Source: Candidatus Micrarchaeota archaeon
Lineage (GTDB): Archaea > Micrarchaeota > Micrarchaeia > Anstonellales > J096
Assembly (NCBI GenBank): GCA_015522475.1
Contig: WAMF01000003.1
Coordinates: forward strand, 33,043-97,042
Direction: 5' to 3'
Length of the DNA stretch: 64,000 nt
The notes under the pieces were generated by a model. It had not been told where the DNA came from. It did no database searches and saw nothing but the letters and a program-made list of their open reading frames with translations. Below are positions 21,268 through 32,200 of the stretch, piece by piece (position 1 is the stretch's first letter; each line of letters begins with the position of its first letter). Made by a program: the position numbers and the translations under genes.

Positions 21268-22560
21268 TTATTTGCCTTTTTGTTTTAACTCGTCAAGAAG
21301 TCTCTTTACGCGCTCCATGGTTATGCGTTCACCTTTTTCAAGAAGCTGTTCTGCTTTATTGGCTATGTTGTTCGCTTCTTCTGGCGTGGCGCCCAGTGAG
21401 AGAGCTAGGGTGCGCGCATGAAGCTTCATATGCCCTCTTTGAATGCCTGTTGTCGAAAGCGCGTATATGGCTGCAAAGTTATTTGCTAGGCCTATAGCTG
21501 CAATGATCTGAGCCAACGTGGCTGCATCCGGGTTGCCAAGAAGAGCTAAGCTAGCTTGTGCATGCGAGAGAACCTTTATGGCGCCGCCAACTGTGCCTAC
21601 AGCTATTGGCACATCTATACTGCCTTTTAAACCTACATACTGGCCATGCTCCTCTGCAATCTCAAAGTGTGTGAAGGGCTTGCCTCCTTTGTACAAGCTG
21701 TATGTATGTGCAGCAGCTTCTATAGCACGCCAATCCTGACCTGTAGCTAAAGCCGCTGCATCCATGCCGTTCATAACGCCTTTGCTGTGCGTGGCTAAGC
21801 GGAAGATGTCGTTTACAGCTAATTCGTAACCGTCGAGGAATCGCTCAGCCTCTTCCCTGCTGATATGGAAGAGCGCTTCTACTTTAACACGTCGTTTTAT
21901 AGAGAGGTTTGTGAGTATGCGGAGCCTTGCCTCCCCGCCTGTGATTTCCTCTAGAAGAGGTGCTAAACCCTCTGCTACTGTATTTACTGTGTTTGCTCCC
22001 ATAGCAGAGGCTGTGTTTACGTCGAACACAAATAAAAGATAGTTCGCCCTTTTTGTCTCGAGGCGGCGGAGCTCAAAACCGCGCCAGCCGCCGCCGTACT
22101 TCTCCATATTCTTTGTTAGCTCTTTAGCTAGGCGCTCAATATCGTGCTGCCTTGCTTTGACTGCTTTGACTGCTTTATCTAAATCATCGACAACTAGTTG
22201 TATCTCACCCTGCATTATGGGCTCTGTTGCACTAGCCTTAAAACCCTCTGGCAGCGTGAGCTTGCTTGCTTTGTTAGCCGCTGCTATAACAGAGGGCTCC
22301 TCTATCATCATGGGTACGATGTAGTGCTTGCCGTTGAGCTTAAACGTCGTTACCAACCCTATGGGCAACGTCCCTATTCCCACGACATTTTCCACCATAG
22401 CATCCGCTTTGTCCAAAGAAAGCGGCGAGTAAAGCTTCTCGACCACGTCGTTGCCAAAAACTTTGGCTAAGACTTCCCTTCTTTCTTCCACGCTCTTTTT
22501 GTAGAATTTGTCAAAAAGCTCATACGGAATAGTCTTTTCCTCTTTTTCCTCATCGACCAT
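21268..22560 (-). CDS. mvaA: Hydroxymethylglutaryl-CoA reductase, class II (bacterial type)
   Basis: ENVVG, EEPSVIAA, AMGAN, ILTNL, THSKGVMNG, GQDWRAIEA, GIQRGHMKLH. Confidence 0.94.
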   Translation of the reverse strand: MVDEEKEEKTIPYELFDKFYKKSVEERREVLAKVFGNDVVEKLYSPLSLDKADAMVENVVGIGTLPIGLVTTFKLNGKHYIVPMMIEEPSVIAAANKASKLTLPEGFKASATEPIMQGEIQLVVDDLDKAVKAVKARQHDIERLAKELTKNMEKYGGGWRGFELRRLETKRANYLLFVFDVNTASAMGANTVNTVAEGLAPLLEEITGGEARLRILTNLSIKRRVKVEALFHISREEAERFLDGYELAVNDIFRLATHSKGVMNGMDAAALATGQDWRAIEAAAHTYSLYKGGKPFTHFEIAEEHGQYVGLKGSIDVPIAVGTVGGAIKVLSHAQASLALLGNPDAATLAQIIAAIGLANNFAAIYALSTTGIQRGHMKLHARTLALSLGATPEEANNIANKAEQLLEKGERITMERVKRLLDELKQKGK

Positions 22561-22671
22561 TTTAATACCTCTTTCTACCTTTTTTGCTTCCTTCTGCTTC
22601 TCTCAACCTCTTCCCTATCCATACCTTGCCTTCAACTTAACAAGCCCTACCTTGCTAAGTTAATCACTAAG

Positions 22672-23091
22672 TTAATCGAAGGCATGTTCTACTTGGCCAA
22701 TCTCTTCCAAGACCTTCTTAAGCCTTTCGCTATAGGCTTTGCTTATTATCGTAGATAGGGTTGTTTCGACGCCATCTCCTAGTATGTAACCATTGCCTTT
22801 CTTTGAGACGAGGCCAAGGTCTTTGAGCCTCTTTATATGATAATAGACGGTTTTCTCACTCATGCGGGGCTCGACTTTGTGGGCTATCTCCTCTATAGAA
22901 AGAGGCAGACCCATCTTAAGCCCGTCTACAAGCACGCCGAATACAGATACAATGCCTTGCCTGCTATCCTTCGGCGAGATTAGGCCTATAGAAAGCGCCA
23001 GCCACTTAAGGGCTTTCTCTCTAGACAACTTTACTTCTGTGGGCAAAGCAAGCTCTCTAAAACAGATCTCCGCCTTTATAAGCTCGTCCAT
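22672..23091 (-). CDS. Winged helix-turn-helix protein
   Basis: LSIEEIAHKV..MSEKTVYYHIKRLKDLGLVSKKGNGYIL. Confidence 0.8.
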   Translation of the reverse strand: MDELIKAEICFRELALPTEVKLSREKALKWLALSIGLISPKDSRQGIVSVFGVLVDGLKMGLPLSIEEIAHKVEPRMSEKTVYYHIKRLKDLGLVSKKGNGYILGDGVETTLSTIISKAYSERLKKVLEEIGQVEHAFD

Positions 23092-23226
23092 GTTCTAAGA
23101 GTCTGTTGGAAAGGTTTTAATAGCATAGGGTAAAACGCGTGCTTGGCTTGGCTTCTCTTTGGCTTCCTCGCCTCTCTTCCAACACCTTATAGAAAAGAGG
23201 GTAAAAAGGAGGTCAAAATGAGCCCC

Positions 23227-24393
23227 TTAGCCTAAAGGAATCTCTTTGACCTGCTTTTCGCTTTGTGCTGAGCCCTCCTTGCTTTCATTAGAGTTGTTAG
23301 ACGTTGTTGGAAAAGCCGTGCCGCTCGTTTGAGATGAAACGCTGCTTGCCTCGCTAGCATTCATCCACGACATGATAAACCCATCTATTTTTTCCTTCCA
23401 CAGCTCAAAAGAGCCAACGGAGAGGTTTGTTGAATTGGGCAAAGTGGATGTCTCGTTGCACACAGCTTGCAAAGACGCCAAGGAAGGCTCTGGATAAAAT
23501 GTGCTTAGCCGTCTGCACACATACTTACTTGATCCTTTTCCTTCTTCGCCTTTTTCTTCAGTTGAGTTGGCTGAGCTTTGATTCTGAGTACACAGCACAG
23601 CAAAAGCTCTCTTGCCAGCATAGAGGACTTCTAAGCGCGATGGTTGCAATGGGCTCTCGTTTACAGCATTCACAACCGGCTGCATGCCTTCCTGTGAAGA
23701 CGAAAGAGGATATGCAAAGTATGTGACAGTCAGCAGCGTCATGTTATCCATGTTATGTAAGCAAGCCTCGTTTGTGTCATTGGTTGTTCTATCGACCAAA
23801 GCAGAAGCATTGCTCCAGCTGTCCCAGCTAAATGTATGGAGTTCTACACGCGAACCGTTGCACAAAAACGCGTAAAACCCTAGGTGCGGCAATTGAGCAG
23901 GAGATGCGTTGGCATAGCTGCCAGCAGCATCGAGGCATCTCTTTAGACTTAAGAGGAAAGATGCGGGTGTCGCCGATGTAGCTGCTGGGGTCGTCGAGGC
24001 ATTTGAGAGATTAGAGCTGTTTGAGCTACTGCTTGAGTTATTTGCGCTGCCTATGTAAACAAGCTCTCCAGATTCGTTGTCCTCTTCGTAGTAGTAAAGC
24101 TTACCATCTATAACGACCGTCGTGTTTATGCTCTCATTCTCGCTGCTTGCGAGCTTTGTTGGTTCGCCGCTGCCCGAGGCATTGTATGTGGCGGCATGTG
24201 GAACATGATAAATGGTGTTCGACGTGGATTTGAGCTTAGCTGAGCCTGCTGACGTTGAGCCGTTATTTTGACTTTGAAAAATGCAGCCTGTCATGAAGAA
24301 GAGTAAAAGTAGACTAAGGAATATAAAGCCAAAAGCCTTGTTGAAACGCCTATTGAAACGCTCCTTCATCGTTTCATCATCCATTACTACCAT
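23227..24393 (-). CDS. Ser/Asn-rich surface lipoprotein
   Basis: Hydrophobic signal ending FMTG-C and many N-x-S/T sequons. The ATG overlaps the upstream stop (TAATG) at 24393. Confidence 0.7.
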   Translation of the reverse strand: MVVMDDETMKERFNRRFNKAFGFIFLSLLLLFFMTGCIFQSQNNGSTSAGSAKLKSTSNTIYHVPHAATYNASGSGEPTKLASSENESINTTVVIDGKLYYYEEDNESGELVYIGSANNSSSSSNSSNLSNASTTPAATSATPASFLLSLKRCLDAAGSYANASPAQLPHLGFYAFLCNGSRVELHTFSWDSWSNASALVDRTTNDTNEACLHNMDNMTLLTVTYFAYPLSSSQEGMQPVVNAVNESPLQPSRLEVLYAGKRAFAVLCTQNQSSANSTEEKGEEGKGSSKYVCRRLSTFYPEPSLASLQAVCNETSTLPNSTNLSVGSFELWKEKIDGFIMSWMNASEASSVSSQTSGTAFPTTSNNSNESKEGSAQSEKQVKEIPLG

Positions 24394-25790
24394 TACTGCC
24401 AATACCTTGCTTTGTAAACACATGCTTTATATGCAACCGTCTTCGTCTGGCCGGGCGCTAGAGTAAAGCTCGTCTGCCAATGCTTAACTGTGTTGCCGTC
24501 CACGACGAAATAGGATTGAGAAGAAGCCCCTAATTTAACAAGCACGGGTTCTGTGTACTTACCGACGTTCCTAACTTCTACGCGCACGTCGCAGACCTCA
24601 TAACTACCTTTGCCATCAGAGGCCGCTTCCTTTTTAACAAACGTAGACTTCAACGAATAAAGCACCTTCATGCTCTGGCCAACGTTTAGCATGCGAGATT
24701 CATTAATTGCTAGAGTTGGGAGTTGAGCGTATGCCTCAACAAGGCCATCCCTAAGAATAAGGAGCTGGCCTGTAGGCAGAGGGCTAGTTGCACTTATATT
24801 TAAGTAGAGAGCTGCCCTTCCTGAAGAGGGGCTGTCGCTGCTGTAAGGCGAGAAATCCAGCTCGTTTATAAGTGTGGTTTTTGGCTTCTCTATAGCGAGG
24901 GGCAACATAAGGGTTGTCTCGTTCACATAGAGCTCGCCCAGATCAAAAAAGTACGTCGTGGAAGCCTCTTGTGAAACAGGCAGTTCTTGTACGCCTTCTG
25001 TGTTTCCCACCTTTTCCATAGGAGCCGCGCCAACCATGCCAAGAGGATAATACCTATTGAAAGAAGGGAGTGTAATGCCGCCGTATGCAAGCACCGCTCT
25101 ATACAACTTGCCCTTCAGAGCCTCTGGCAGTGTAAGCTTCGCCTCTGCATAAAAGGCTTGAGTGTCGCGATTGAGTGTATAGAGAGCTGCCCACCCACCA
25201 TTGAAAAAGGAATAGGCAAGGGCCTTTTCATTGCCGCCTTTGTTTGCCTCCTTGACATAAAAACACGGCTTGCCCTGCTCAGAAAGTTGTTCTGCAGAGG
25301 CTAGCATGTCTTTCCTGAATATGTATGTCTTGTTGTCTCGTGTCTTTATCTTCACAAAGTCGCCCAAAGTAAGCTCACCCACAAAAGAGCTACCGTTTGT
25401 TAGTGTTACGCGGTATTGAGCTTTGCCACCTGCTTTGTTAAAGCCGCTCACATAGCCCTCGAAGAAACGTTGCACAAGGCTATTGCCATTGGGCAAGCAA
25501 CGCCCCTCAGCAAGGGGCGAGATAAGCAAGGCTGAGCCAGCTGAACCCTGCGTGCTTGTATAGAGTATGAGCGTATCTTGCTGAGCAGAGACATTGTGCA
25601 AATCAAGGCTGAGCTCGCCGTTGTGCGAGAGAACTGTATTCTTAGCTCCTGCGTTGGAAGTGAGGCCGTTGAGAAAGCCTGCTTGCCCCAAGCCAGTTTG
25701 GCCTTGGGCTTGGTTCTGGGAAACGCAACCCGCCAAAAATAGCGCTATTAATAAAACACCGACGATAGACAAACGCATGTTAAGACGCAT
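24393..25790 (-). CDS. Lipoprotein with DUF4139-like C-terminal region
   Basis: Start moved to ATG 25790 (AGGTG SD, 5-nt spacing). Lipobox LAG-C. W.A.Y.L and PLPTGQLLILRDG...LNVG resemble DUF4139. Confidence 0.7.
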   Translation of the reverse strand: MRLNMRLSIVGVLLIALFLAGCVSQNQAQGQTGLGQAGFLNGLTSNAGAKNTVLSHNGELSLDLHNVSAQQDTLILYTSTQGSAGSALLISPLAEGRCLPNGNSLVQRFFEGYVSGFNKAGGKAQYRVTLTNGSSFVGELTLGDFVKIKTRDNKTYIFRKDMLASAEQLSEQGKPCFYVKEANKGGNEKALAYSFFNGGWAALYTLNRDTQAFYAEAKLTLPEALKGKLYRAVLAYGGITLPSFNRYYPLGMVGAAPMEKVGNTEGVQELPVSQEASTTYFFDLGELYVNETTLMLPLAIEKPKTTLINELDFSPYSSDSPSSGRAALYLNISATSPLPTGQLLILRDGLVEAYAQLPTLAINESRMLNVGQSMKVLYSLKSTFVKKEAASDGKGSYEVCDVRVEVRNVGKYTEPVLVKLGASSQSYFVVDGNTVKHWQTSFTLAPGQTKTVAYKACVYKARYWQ

Positions 25791-25865
25791 GTTGACACCT
25801 GAAGAAGAAGGGGCTGACAAGCTTATAAACTTAACGCCAGAATGTTGAGCCGTGAGGCAGTAAGC

Positions 25866-27869
25866 ATGGATAGGAAAGCTTCTTTTGACTTCAAAACAAC
25901 AGAAGAGATTGAAGTGCCGGCGAGGCTTATAGACCAAGTCATAGGCCAAGACGAGGCTGTAGACACAATAAAGCTGGCGGCGCAGCAAAAAAGGCACGTG
26001 CTTCTTATAGGGCCGCCGGGCACGGGTAAGAGCATGCTGGCTCAAGCCATGGCTGAGATCTTGCCTATAAAAGAGCTAGACGACATCTTAGTTTATCCAA
26101 ACCCCGTCATGGAAAACGAGCCCCTCGTAAAAGCTGTGCCGACATATCCAACAAGAGAGTTCTTCCAAAAACACATCGAGTTCATACGGCTATACAAAAA
26201 GGACGAGCTCATGAAGATCTTCGAAGGGAAACTTTCTGTAAAGGACGCTGTAAAGTACTTGAAGGACGGGCTCGGCAGACGCATTGTGATGTATAAAGCA
26301 CCAACTCCTCTTCAAAACAAGCCACACATTTCACCCATGCTGTACTTGGGCCTCTTCGCTGTTCTCGGCATTCTGCTCTTCTTCTTGCCTATAAGTGAGG
26401 CTACACGTTGGTACTTCACGGGTTTGGCCTTTGGCTTAGGTATATTGTACTTGCTATATCTATTCATAAGTTTGGGTGGAAGAGCCCAAGCAGCCATGCA
26501 ACAAAATCAGATGAAGCCCAAACTCATCGTAGACAATACGGGCAAGACACGCGCGCCTTTTATAGACGCGACAGGCGCCAAAGCTGGCGCGCTTCTAGGA
26601 GATGTTAAGCATGACCCCTTGCAAAGTGGCGGCTTAGGCACGCCGGCCCATCTGCGCGTAGAAGCAGGAGCCATACACAAAGCCAACAACGGCGTTCTAT
26701 TCATAGACGAGATAGCCAGCTTAAAGCTCAATTGGCAGCAAGAACTTCTAACAGCTATGCAGGAAAAGAAGTACAGCATAACGGGGCAAAGCGAGCTGAG
26801 CAGCGGAGCCCTTGTTAAAACGAAGCCTGTGCCTTCAGACTTCGTCTTAGTAGCTGCTGGCAATGAGGAAGATTTGACAAAGCTTCATCCAGCGTTAAGG
26901 AGCAGAATACGTGGTAATGGATACGAGGTTTATATGAACACTGTAATGGACGACACAGAAGAAAATAGGGCTAAGCTCGTCCAATTTGTAGCACAAGAAG
27001 TGAAGAAAGACGGCAAAATCCCTCATTTCACAAAAGCAGCTGTTCTGCAGATTATAGAGGAAGCGAAGCGCATGGCAGGAAGAAAGGGCAAGCTCACGCT
27101 AAATTTAAGAGAGCTCGGTGGTCTTATAAGGGCAGCAGGCGATATAGCGAGGAGGGAAAACGCCAGTTATGTCGAGCCCAGTCATATAAAGAAAGCAAAG
27201 AAGAAAGCCCGCCCCCTCGAATGGCAAATAGCAGATAGGTATGCAGAGCGTAAAAAGGAGTACCAAGTCATACTGACGAAAGGCTACAAAGTAGGAAGAG
27301 TCAATGGATTGGCCGTCTTAGGTAGCTCGAATAAAGGTATAGCCCTTCCTATAGTAGCTGAAGTGACACCGTCTGCAAGTGAAGTCGAAGGCAAGATTAT
27401 AGCAACGGGTAAGCTCGGCGATATAGCTAAAGAAGCAGTCCAAAACATCTCGGCAGTCATAAAGAAGGCTCTGGGCGCAAACATAGCAAAGAACGACATA
27501 CATATTCAATTTCTCCAAACATACGAGGGTGTAGAAGGAGACAGCGCCAGCATAAGCATAGCCGTGGCTGTCATATCTGCATTCACAGACGTACCTATAA
27601 GGCAAGATGTTGCTATGACAGGCTCTCTAGACGTGAGAGGCGAGGTGTTACCAGTCGGTGGTGTAAACGCCAAAATCGAGGCGGCTATCGACTTGGGCCT
27701 TAAAGAGGTTATCATTCCAGAAAAGAACGCCAAAGACGTCAGCGAGGCCTTGAAGAAGAAAATAAAAGTACATACGGCTAAAACCATCGATGAAGTTCTA
27801 GAAGTCGCGCTCAAGAACAGCAAGAAGAAAAAAGAAATTGTTAAGAGGTTCAAACGGGCTGAGAGATAA
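25866..27869 (+). CDS. lonB: Archaeal membrane-bound ATP-dependent protease LonB
   Basis: [16 protein letters not shown], two TM helices, [18 protein letters not shown], catalytic GDSAS and PVGGVNAKI. Confidence 0.97.
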   Translation: MDRKASFDFKTTEEIEVPARLIDQVIGQDEAVDTIKLAAQQKRHVLLIGPPGTGKSMLAQAMAEILPIKELDDILVYPNPVMENEPLVKAVPTYPTREFFQKHIEFIRLYKKDELMKIFEGKLSVKDAVKYLKDGLGRRIVMYKAPTPLQNKPHISPMLYLGLFAVLGILLFFLPISEATRWYFTGLAFGLGILYLLYLFISLGGRAQAAMQQNQMKPKLIVDNTGKTRAPFIDATGAKAGALLGDVKHDPLQSGGLGTPAHLRVEAGAIHKANNGVLFIDEIASLKLNWQQELLTAMQEKKYSITGQSELSSGALVKTKPVPSDFVLVAAGNEEDLTKLHPALRSRIRGNGYEVYMNTVMDDTEENRAKLVQFVAQEVKKDGKIPHFTKAAVLQIIEEAKRMAGRKGKLTLNLRELGGLIRAAGDIARRENASYVEPSHIKKAKKKARPLEWQIADRYAERKKEYQVILTKGYKVGRVNGLAVLGSSNKGIALPIVAEVTPSASEVEGKIIATGKLGDIAKEAVQNISAVIKKALGANIAKNDIHIQFLQTYEGVEGDSASISIAVAVISAFTDVPIRQDVAMTGSLDVRGEVLPVGGVNAKIEAAIDLGLKEVIIPEKNAKDVSEALKKKIKVHTAKTIDEVLEVALKNSKKKKEIVKRFKRAER

Positions 27870-27932
27870 AACAAGTGGCGAAAGAATAGGAAGAGTAAAA
27901 ATAGAAAAAAGAGGGTTGTGCTAAGCAAGCCT

Positions 27933-28109
27933 TTAGTGGTGCCATTTTTGGAACTCTTTAAACTTTCTAGCATCCCTTATTTCCTTGTCAAAATTAGCTT
28001 TGCCAGCTCCTCCCTTCTCATCACCATACCACTGCGCCCGTTTCTCTTCGCGTTTTTTTAGCCTGCGTATGCGGGAAGTGTTCTTTTTCCTATATTTGCC
28101 AATTGCCAT
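27933..28109 (-). CDS. Small basic protein (58 aa), below the ORF-track cutoff
   Basis: MAIGKYRKKNTSRIRRLKKREEKRAQWYGDEKGGAGKANFDKEIRDARKFKEFQKWHH. TTTTTAAA about 25 nt upstream of the ATG. Confidence 0.6.
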   Translation of the reverse strand: MAIGKYRKKNTSRIRRLKKREEKRAQWYGDEKGGAGKANFDKEIRDARKFKEFQKWHH

Positions 28110-28241
28110 AAGTGATAACTAAAGCAGAGAAGTGTTTAAAAATATATTCGGAAAGCACGAAGTTCTCTAAAGCTAGCTGAGAACAGCTAAAAGGATAAGG
28201 CAAAGGGTAAGAATAAAAACCCTTTGAAAGAAAAGGCTGGC

Positions 28242-28409
28242 ATGGGACTTAAAAAGAAGGTCATGCTTCCCACAGCTACAGCAGGCATCTTCGGAGGAGC
28301 TATAAAGGAGGAAGCTGAAAGTCTATTTATGATGGATCCCAAGCTCTTGTTAGGGGGAGCGGTTGTTATAGCCCTGCTTATAAAGCTCCTGCACCTCGTC
28401 GTGGGCTGA
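28242..28409 (+). CDS. secG: Preprotein translocase subunit Sec61beta/SecG
   Basis: LP.ATAGI...EE....MDP followed by a single C-terminal TM helix. Confidence 0.8.
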   Translation: MGLKKKVMLPTATAGIFGGAIKEEAESLFMMDPKLLLGGAVVIALLIKLLHLVVG

Positions 28410-28437
28410 GTAGGCAGCCAAAACAGCAGGTGGAACT

Positions 28438-29199
28438 ACGACTATAGATGCGCACTGCCACGTGCAGGATTTTAAGAAAGAAGAGCAGGAGCGTATTCTG
28501 AAGCAGAGGGAAGTCATGCCCGTAATTGTAGGCTATAACAAAGAAGCGAATGAGAAAGCCTACGAGATCGCTAAGGAGCATCGCTTGCCTTATGTCCTTG
28601 GTATAGCCCCCCAGACAATTGTTGAGGAGGGCTTAGATAAGCTGGAGATGTGGAAGGAAGAGATAAGTGAAGCGAAGCCCTTTGCCATAGGCGAGATAGG
28701 CTTGGACTATAAATGGGGAAAAACAGAAGAGCAGAGAAAGGCTGAAAGGCAGGCCTTTGAAGAGCAGATGGAATTAGCTGAGAAGCTTCGTTTGCCCATT
28801 GTCATACATTGTAGGCAGTGTTGCGATGAGGTTGTCGAAGTTATAAAAGAGTTCGCATTCAAGGGCCGCGTCATGATGCATTCTTTTTCGTGCAAAGTAA
28901 AGCACGCTCATGCTCTCTTAGATTTCAACCCTCTCTTCAGCTTAAACACGTGGAAGAGCAAGGAGAAAAAAGCGCTAATAAAGGCATTTCCCATAGAATA
29001 CCTAGCTGTTGAAACGGATTCACCCTACATTGCAAGGACGCCTCTAGCCGTTAAGAGCGTCATAGAAGAAATAGCTGAGTTGAAGGCTATGCCAAAAGAA
29101 GACGTCGAAGCAAGAACAGCCGAGAACGTCGCTACCTTCCTCGGTATAGAGAAGCGCCTCGGCAGGGTTTGGGAGGAATATGGGATAAAATGGGAATAA
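28438..29199 (+). CDS. tatD: TatD family DNase; probable ACG start
   Basis: The IDAHCH motif lies upstream of the ORF-track GTG. GEIGLD, VIHCR, MHSF and ETDSP are intact. Confidence 0.88.
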   Translation, partial: TTIDAHCHVQDFKKEEQERILKQREVMPVIVGYNKEANEKAYEIAKEHRLPYVLGIAPQTIVEEGLDKLEMWKEEISEAKPFAIGEIGLDYKWGKTEEQRKAERQAFEEQMELAEKLRLPIVIHCRQCCDEVVEVIKEFAFKGRVMMHSFSCKVKHAHALLDFNPLFSLNTWKSKEKKALIKAFPIEYLAVETDSPYIARTPLAVKSVIEEIAELKAMPKEDVEARTAENVATFLGIEKRLGRVWEEYGIKWE

Positions 29200-29213
29200 G
29201 GAAAGACTACCAT

Positions 29214-32200
29214 CTACTTAAGGTTAACAGCAGTTCTTACCTTATATTTAAATGTGGGATGGAATTGTGTAGGTGGCTCTACGTTTATCTCTTCTTTCCC
29301 AAAGTAATTCGCATGTAAATATTCACTAAATCCTTTCCTGTTGCTTATACCTCCTGCTTTATCGCTTATGTAAAGGCTTAAGTCGTTTTTCTCTGCAAAG
29401 TCCTTAATCCTCTTCATGACTTCATCTATAAATTCATGCTTCTTTTCAGTGGATAAGCCTGAAGTAAAGCTTTCAGAAGGGTCAAAGCCTATGATGATAA
29501 GAGAGTCCTTGCCTTTTATATTCCTCACAATACTTAGCACAGCCCCTTTAATCTCATTATCTATGAATATCTTTATGACAAAGACCTCTTTCCTTATCAT
29601 ATCATAGGGATAATCCCCAAAACACGTGCCAGAATAGACACCTTGGAAGACATCTAAGAGCGTCTTCTTTGGTGTGAAAAACAGCACAACATCCCTACTA
29701 ACAGCCTCTCTCTTCTCTTTTGTTTCCTTTATCTGTTTTTTTAAGTAGTTCATCTGCTCCAACAGTTTACTCTTACTCATAGCTGGCTCAAGGGCTTCCA
29801 GCTTAAAGTCATGCAAGGTATCTTGCAGAGGTGTGTTAAACTCCAAGAGAGTGTTAAACACGAGGGTTCTAAGCTCGGGTGTTACTTCTCCTCGTAGGTA
29901 CTTTTCAAAATCCTCTTCATGGCCACTTCTGTTTATAGCTTTCCACACTAAATAGTTCAACAACCCCTCATCTATATCTCGCCTTTTAATAATCATTCTT
30001 AAGAGATTCTCCTCGGGGACTTTGCCTGCCTTATACTTTTCTAAAAAATTTTTGTCGATGTTTAATTCAGCTGCTAATTTCTCAATATCTTCGTGCTTTA
30101 TTCTTTCCTTTATGCTTTCAAAATTTTCTTTAAGCTTTTCAATACCCTTCTCTAATTCTTCTCCATTCTCTATATAATCTCTATGAGTTTCTTTTAGGAC
30201 GCTTATGAACTCTTTCTCCACATCCTCTGGGACCTTTAACTCAACGTTAACAGCCATGAACTTGAACGCATATCTCCTAGTCTCGGGTTTCACTTTGATA
30301 GGAGCAGAGAAGTCCTTTAACTTTTCTTCAATTTCTTTATAGAATTCACGCTTTGTTTTTCCTTCTGCAGAGATGTGCAAATAATCTGCTACACCTTTTA
30401 TTTTCTCAAAATAGCCTTGGGGGTCTTTATCTATACTTAAATTTAAGCTCAATAATAGTCCTTCAAACAGTTCTGGCTTAGAGACTTCCTTTCCTTCCGC
30501 CAGCTCGTTAATGAACTCATTATACTCTTTAATAACAGCATTTACAAGCTTATCCATAGCTGCCCTTCTTCTTTCAGGTGTTTTTATGTTGTTTAAGACG
30601 TCTTTCTTTTCATCAAATCTAAGCATGAGAATAGGATACATCGCCACAGGAAGCTCTCTTAGCTTCTTAACACTTGCTTTTGATAGATAATTTAGAAGAG
30701 GCTCAAATTTGTCTGAGTATATTGTGAAGATTGTTAAGATTTGATTATAGTCTAACTTAGCATCTATAGCCTTTTTTCCTAGCTCAATGAACGCATTGAA
30801 ACGCTCATCTGAGGTTATGAGCTTCTTAACTGCTGGGAATCCGAATTCCAAAATATACCAATAATCCACTCCTTTCTCAACAGCCTTTTTTCCTAGCTCA
30901 ATGAACGCATTGAAACGCTCATCTGAGGTTATGAGCTTCTTAACTGCTGGGAATCCGAATCGCAAGATATACCAATAATCCACTCCTTTCTCAACAGCCT
31001 TTTTTCCTAGCTCAATGAACGCATTGAAACGCTCATCTGAGGTTATGAGCTCCGTAACTACTGGGAATGCCCGCAAGATAGCCCCATAATCCCCTCCTTT
31101 CTCAACAGCCTTTTTTCCTAGCTCAATGAACGCATTGAAACGCTCATCTGAGGTTATGAGCTCCGTAACTATTGGGAATACCCACAAGATACACAAGATA
31201 GCCCCATAATCCACTCCTTTCTCAACAGCCTTTTTTCCTAGCTCAAGCAGTGCTCTTTCCATTTTCAATTTTGTCAACTCATCCCCATCAATTCTTGTTG
31301 CAAGGTCGGATGCAACCTTTTCTATTCTTGATACCATCTCTGTTGTAAAGTCTCCCTTCATGTCTTGAATCTCTTTCCTAAGCTCATCAACGGTTTCTTT
31401 TGAGGACCCTTCCCCTGCTACCCCTCCTAAATTCCTCTTAGCTATAATGAACTCAAAATCCTCTTCGCCCAAATGACCTTCATGAACCTCCTTATATAAT
31501 GTTTTCCATCCTCTTCGCTTGTAGAACAACATTAATTGTGAGACTTTATTCTTCATTCTTGCATGTGTGGCAATGTACTTCACACCCTTTTCCTCTAATT
31601 GCCTCTTGAAGTCATTTAGCATCTTAAGCGTCAGGTTTTTATCAAGAGAGGCAATGTCATCAATATAATATACCTTTCCCTCTTTAGCAGCTTCTTCCAT
31701 ATTTCTGAATTCAGCTTCTCCCACTTTCTTTTTTATTTGTGTTTTGTCGTAGCTGTCCAATTCATATCCCGCTTCATTTATAGGGTTAGCCACAATAAAT
31801 GCCACGTACTTTCCATTCTTCTCTACAACAGTTACGAGAGAGTTTTCCTGAAACATCTCTTTAAATTCATCAAAATCTAATACAATATCTGGATTATCTT
31901 TGAAGGCTTTCTTTTCAACTTCATAAAGCTCTTTTAGCCTCTGTTTTAGTTCCGTTATATTCGTAACGATCCTGACGGCTTTATCTGATGTGTCTATGTT
32001 TGATATAGGAGTATTAAACCCTCCTTGCGGATTCCTTTTTTGAGCTGATGTAGCTCTTTCTCCTTTCTCTCCTTTAGGAACTTGCTTAACTTCACTAAAA
32101 AAGTCTTTAATCTTCATAATCATTCTCTTTGCCTCCTCAGAGTCCCCCTCATTTTTATCTCTTTTTTCCTCTAATCTCTTTTGTATTTTAGAAAGGGCGT

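Noticed and set aside
25791..26045. ORF-track N-terminal extension of the 550-aa minus-strand ORF (likewise 59060-59188 for topA)
   Set aside because: The extensions overlap neighbouring genes or promoters. Signal peptide, SD or TATA evidence supports the downstream starts.
30768..31246. Tandem repeats as a CRISPR array or DGR template/variable pair
   Set aside because: Units are in-frame multiples of 3 inside a CDS with no unique spacers. Differences are not adenine-specific and no reverse transcriptase is present.
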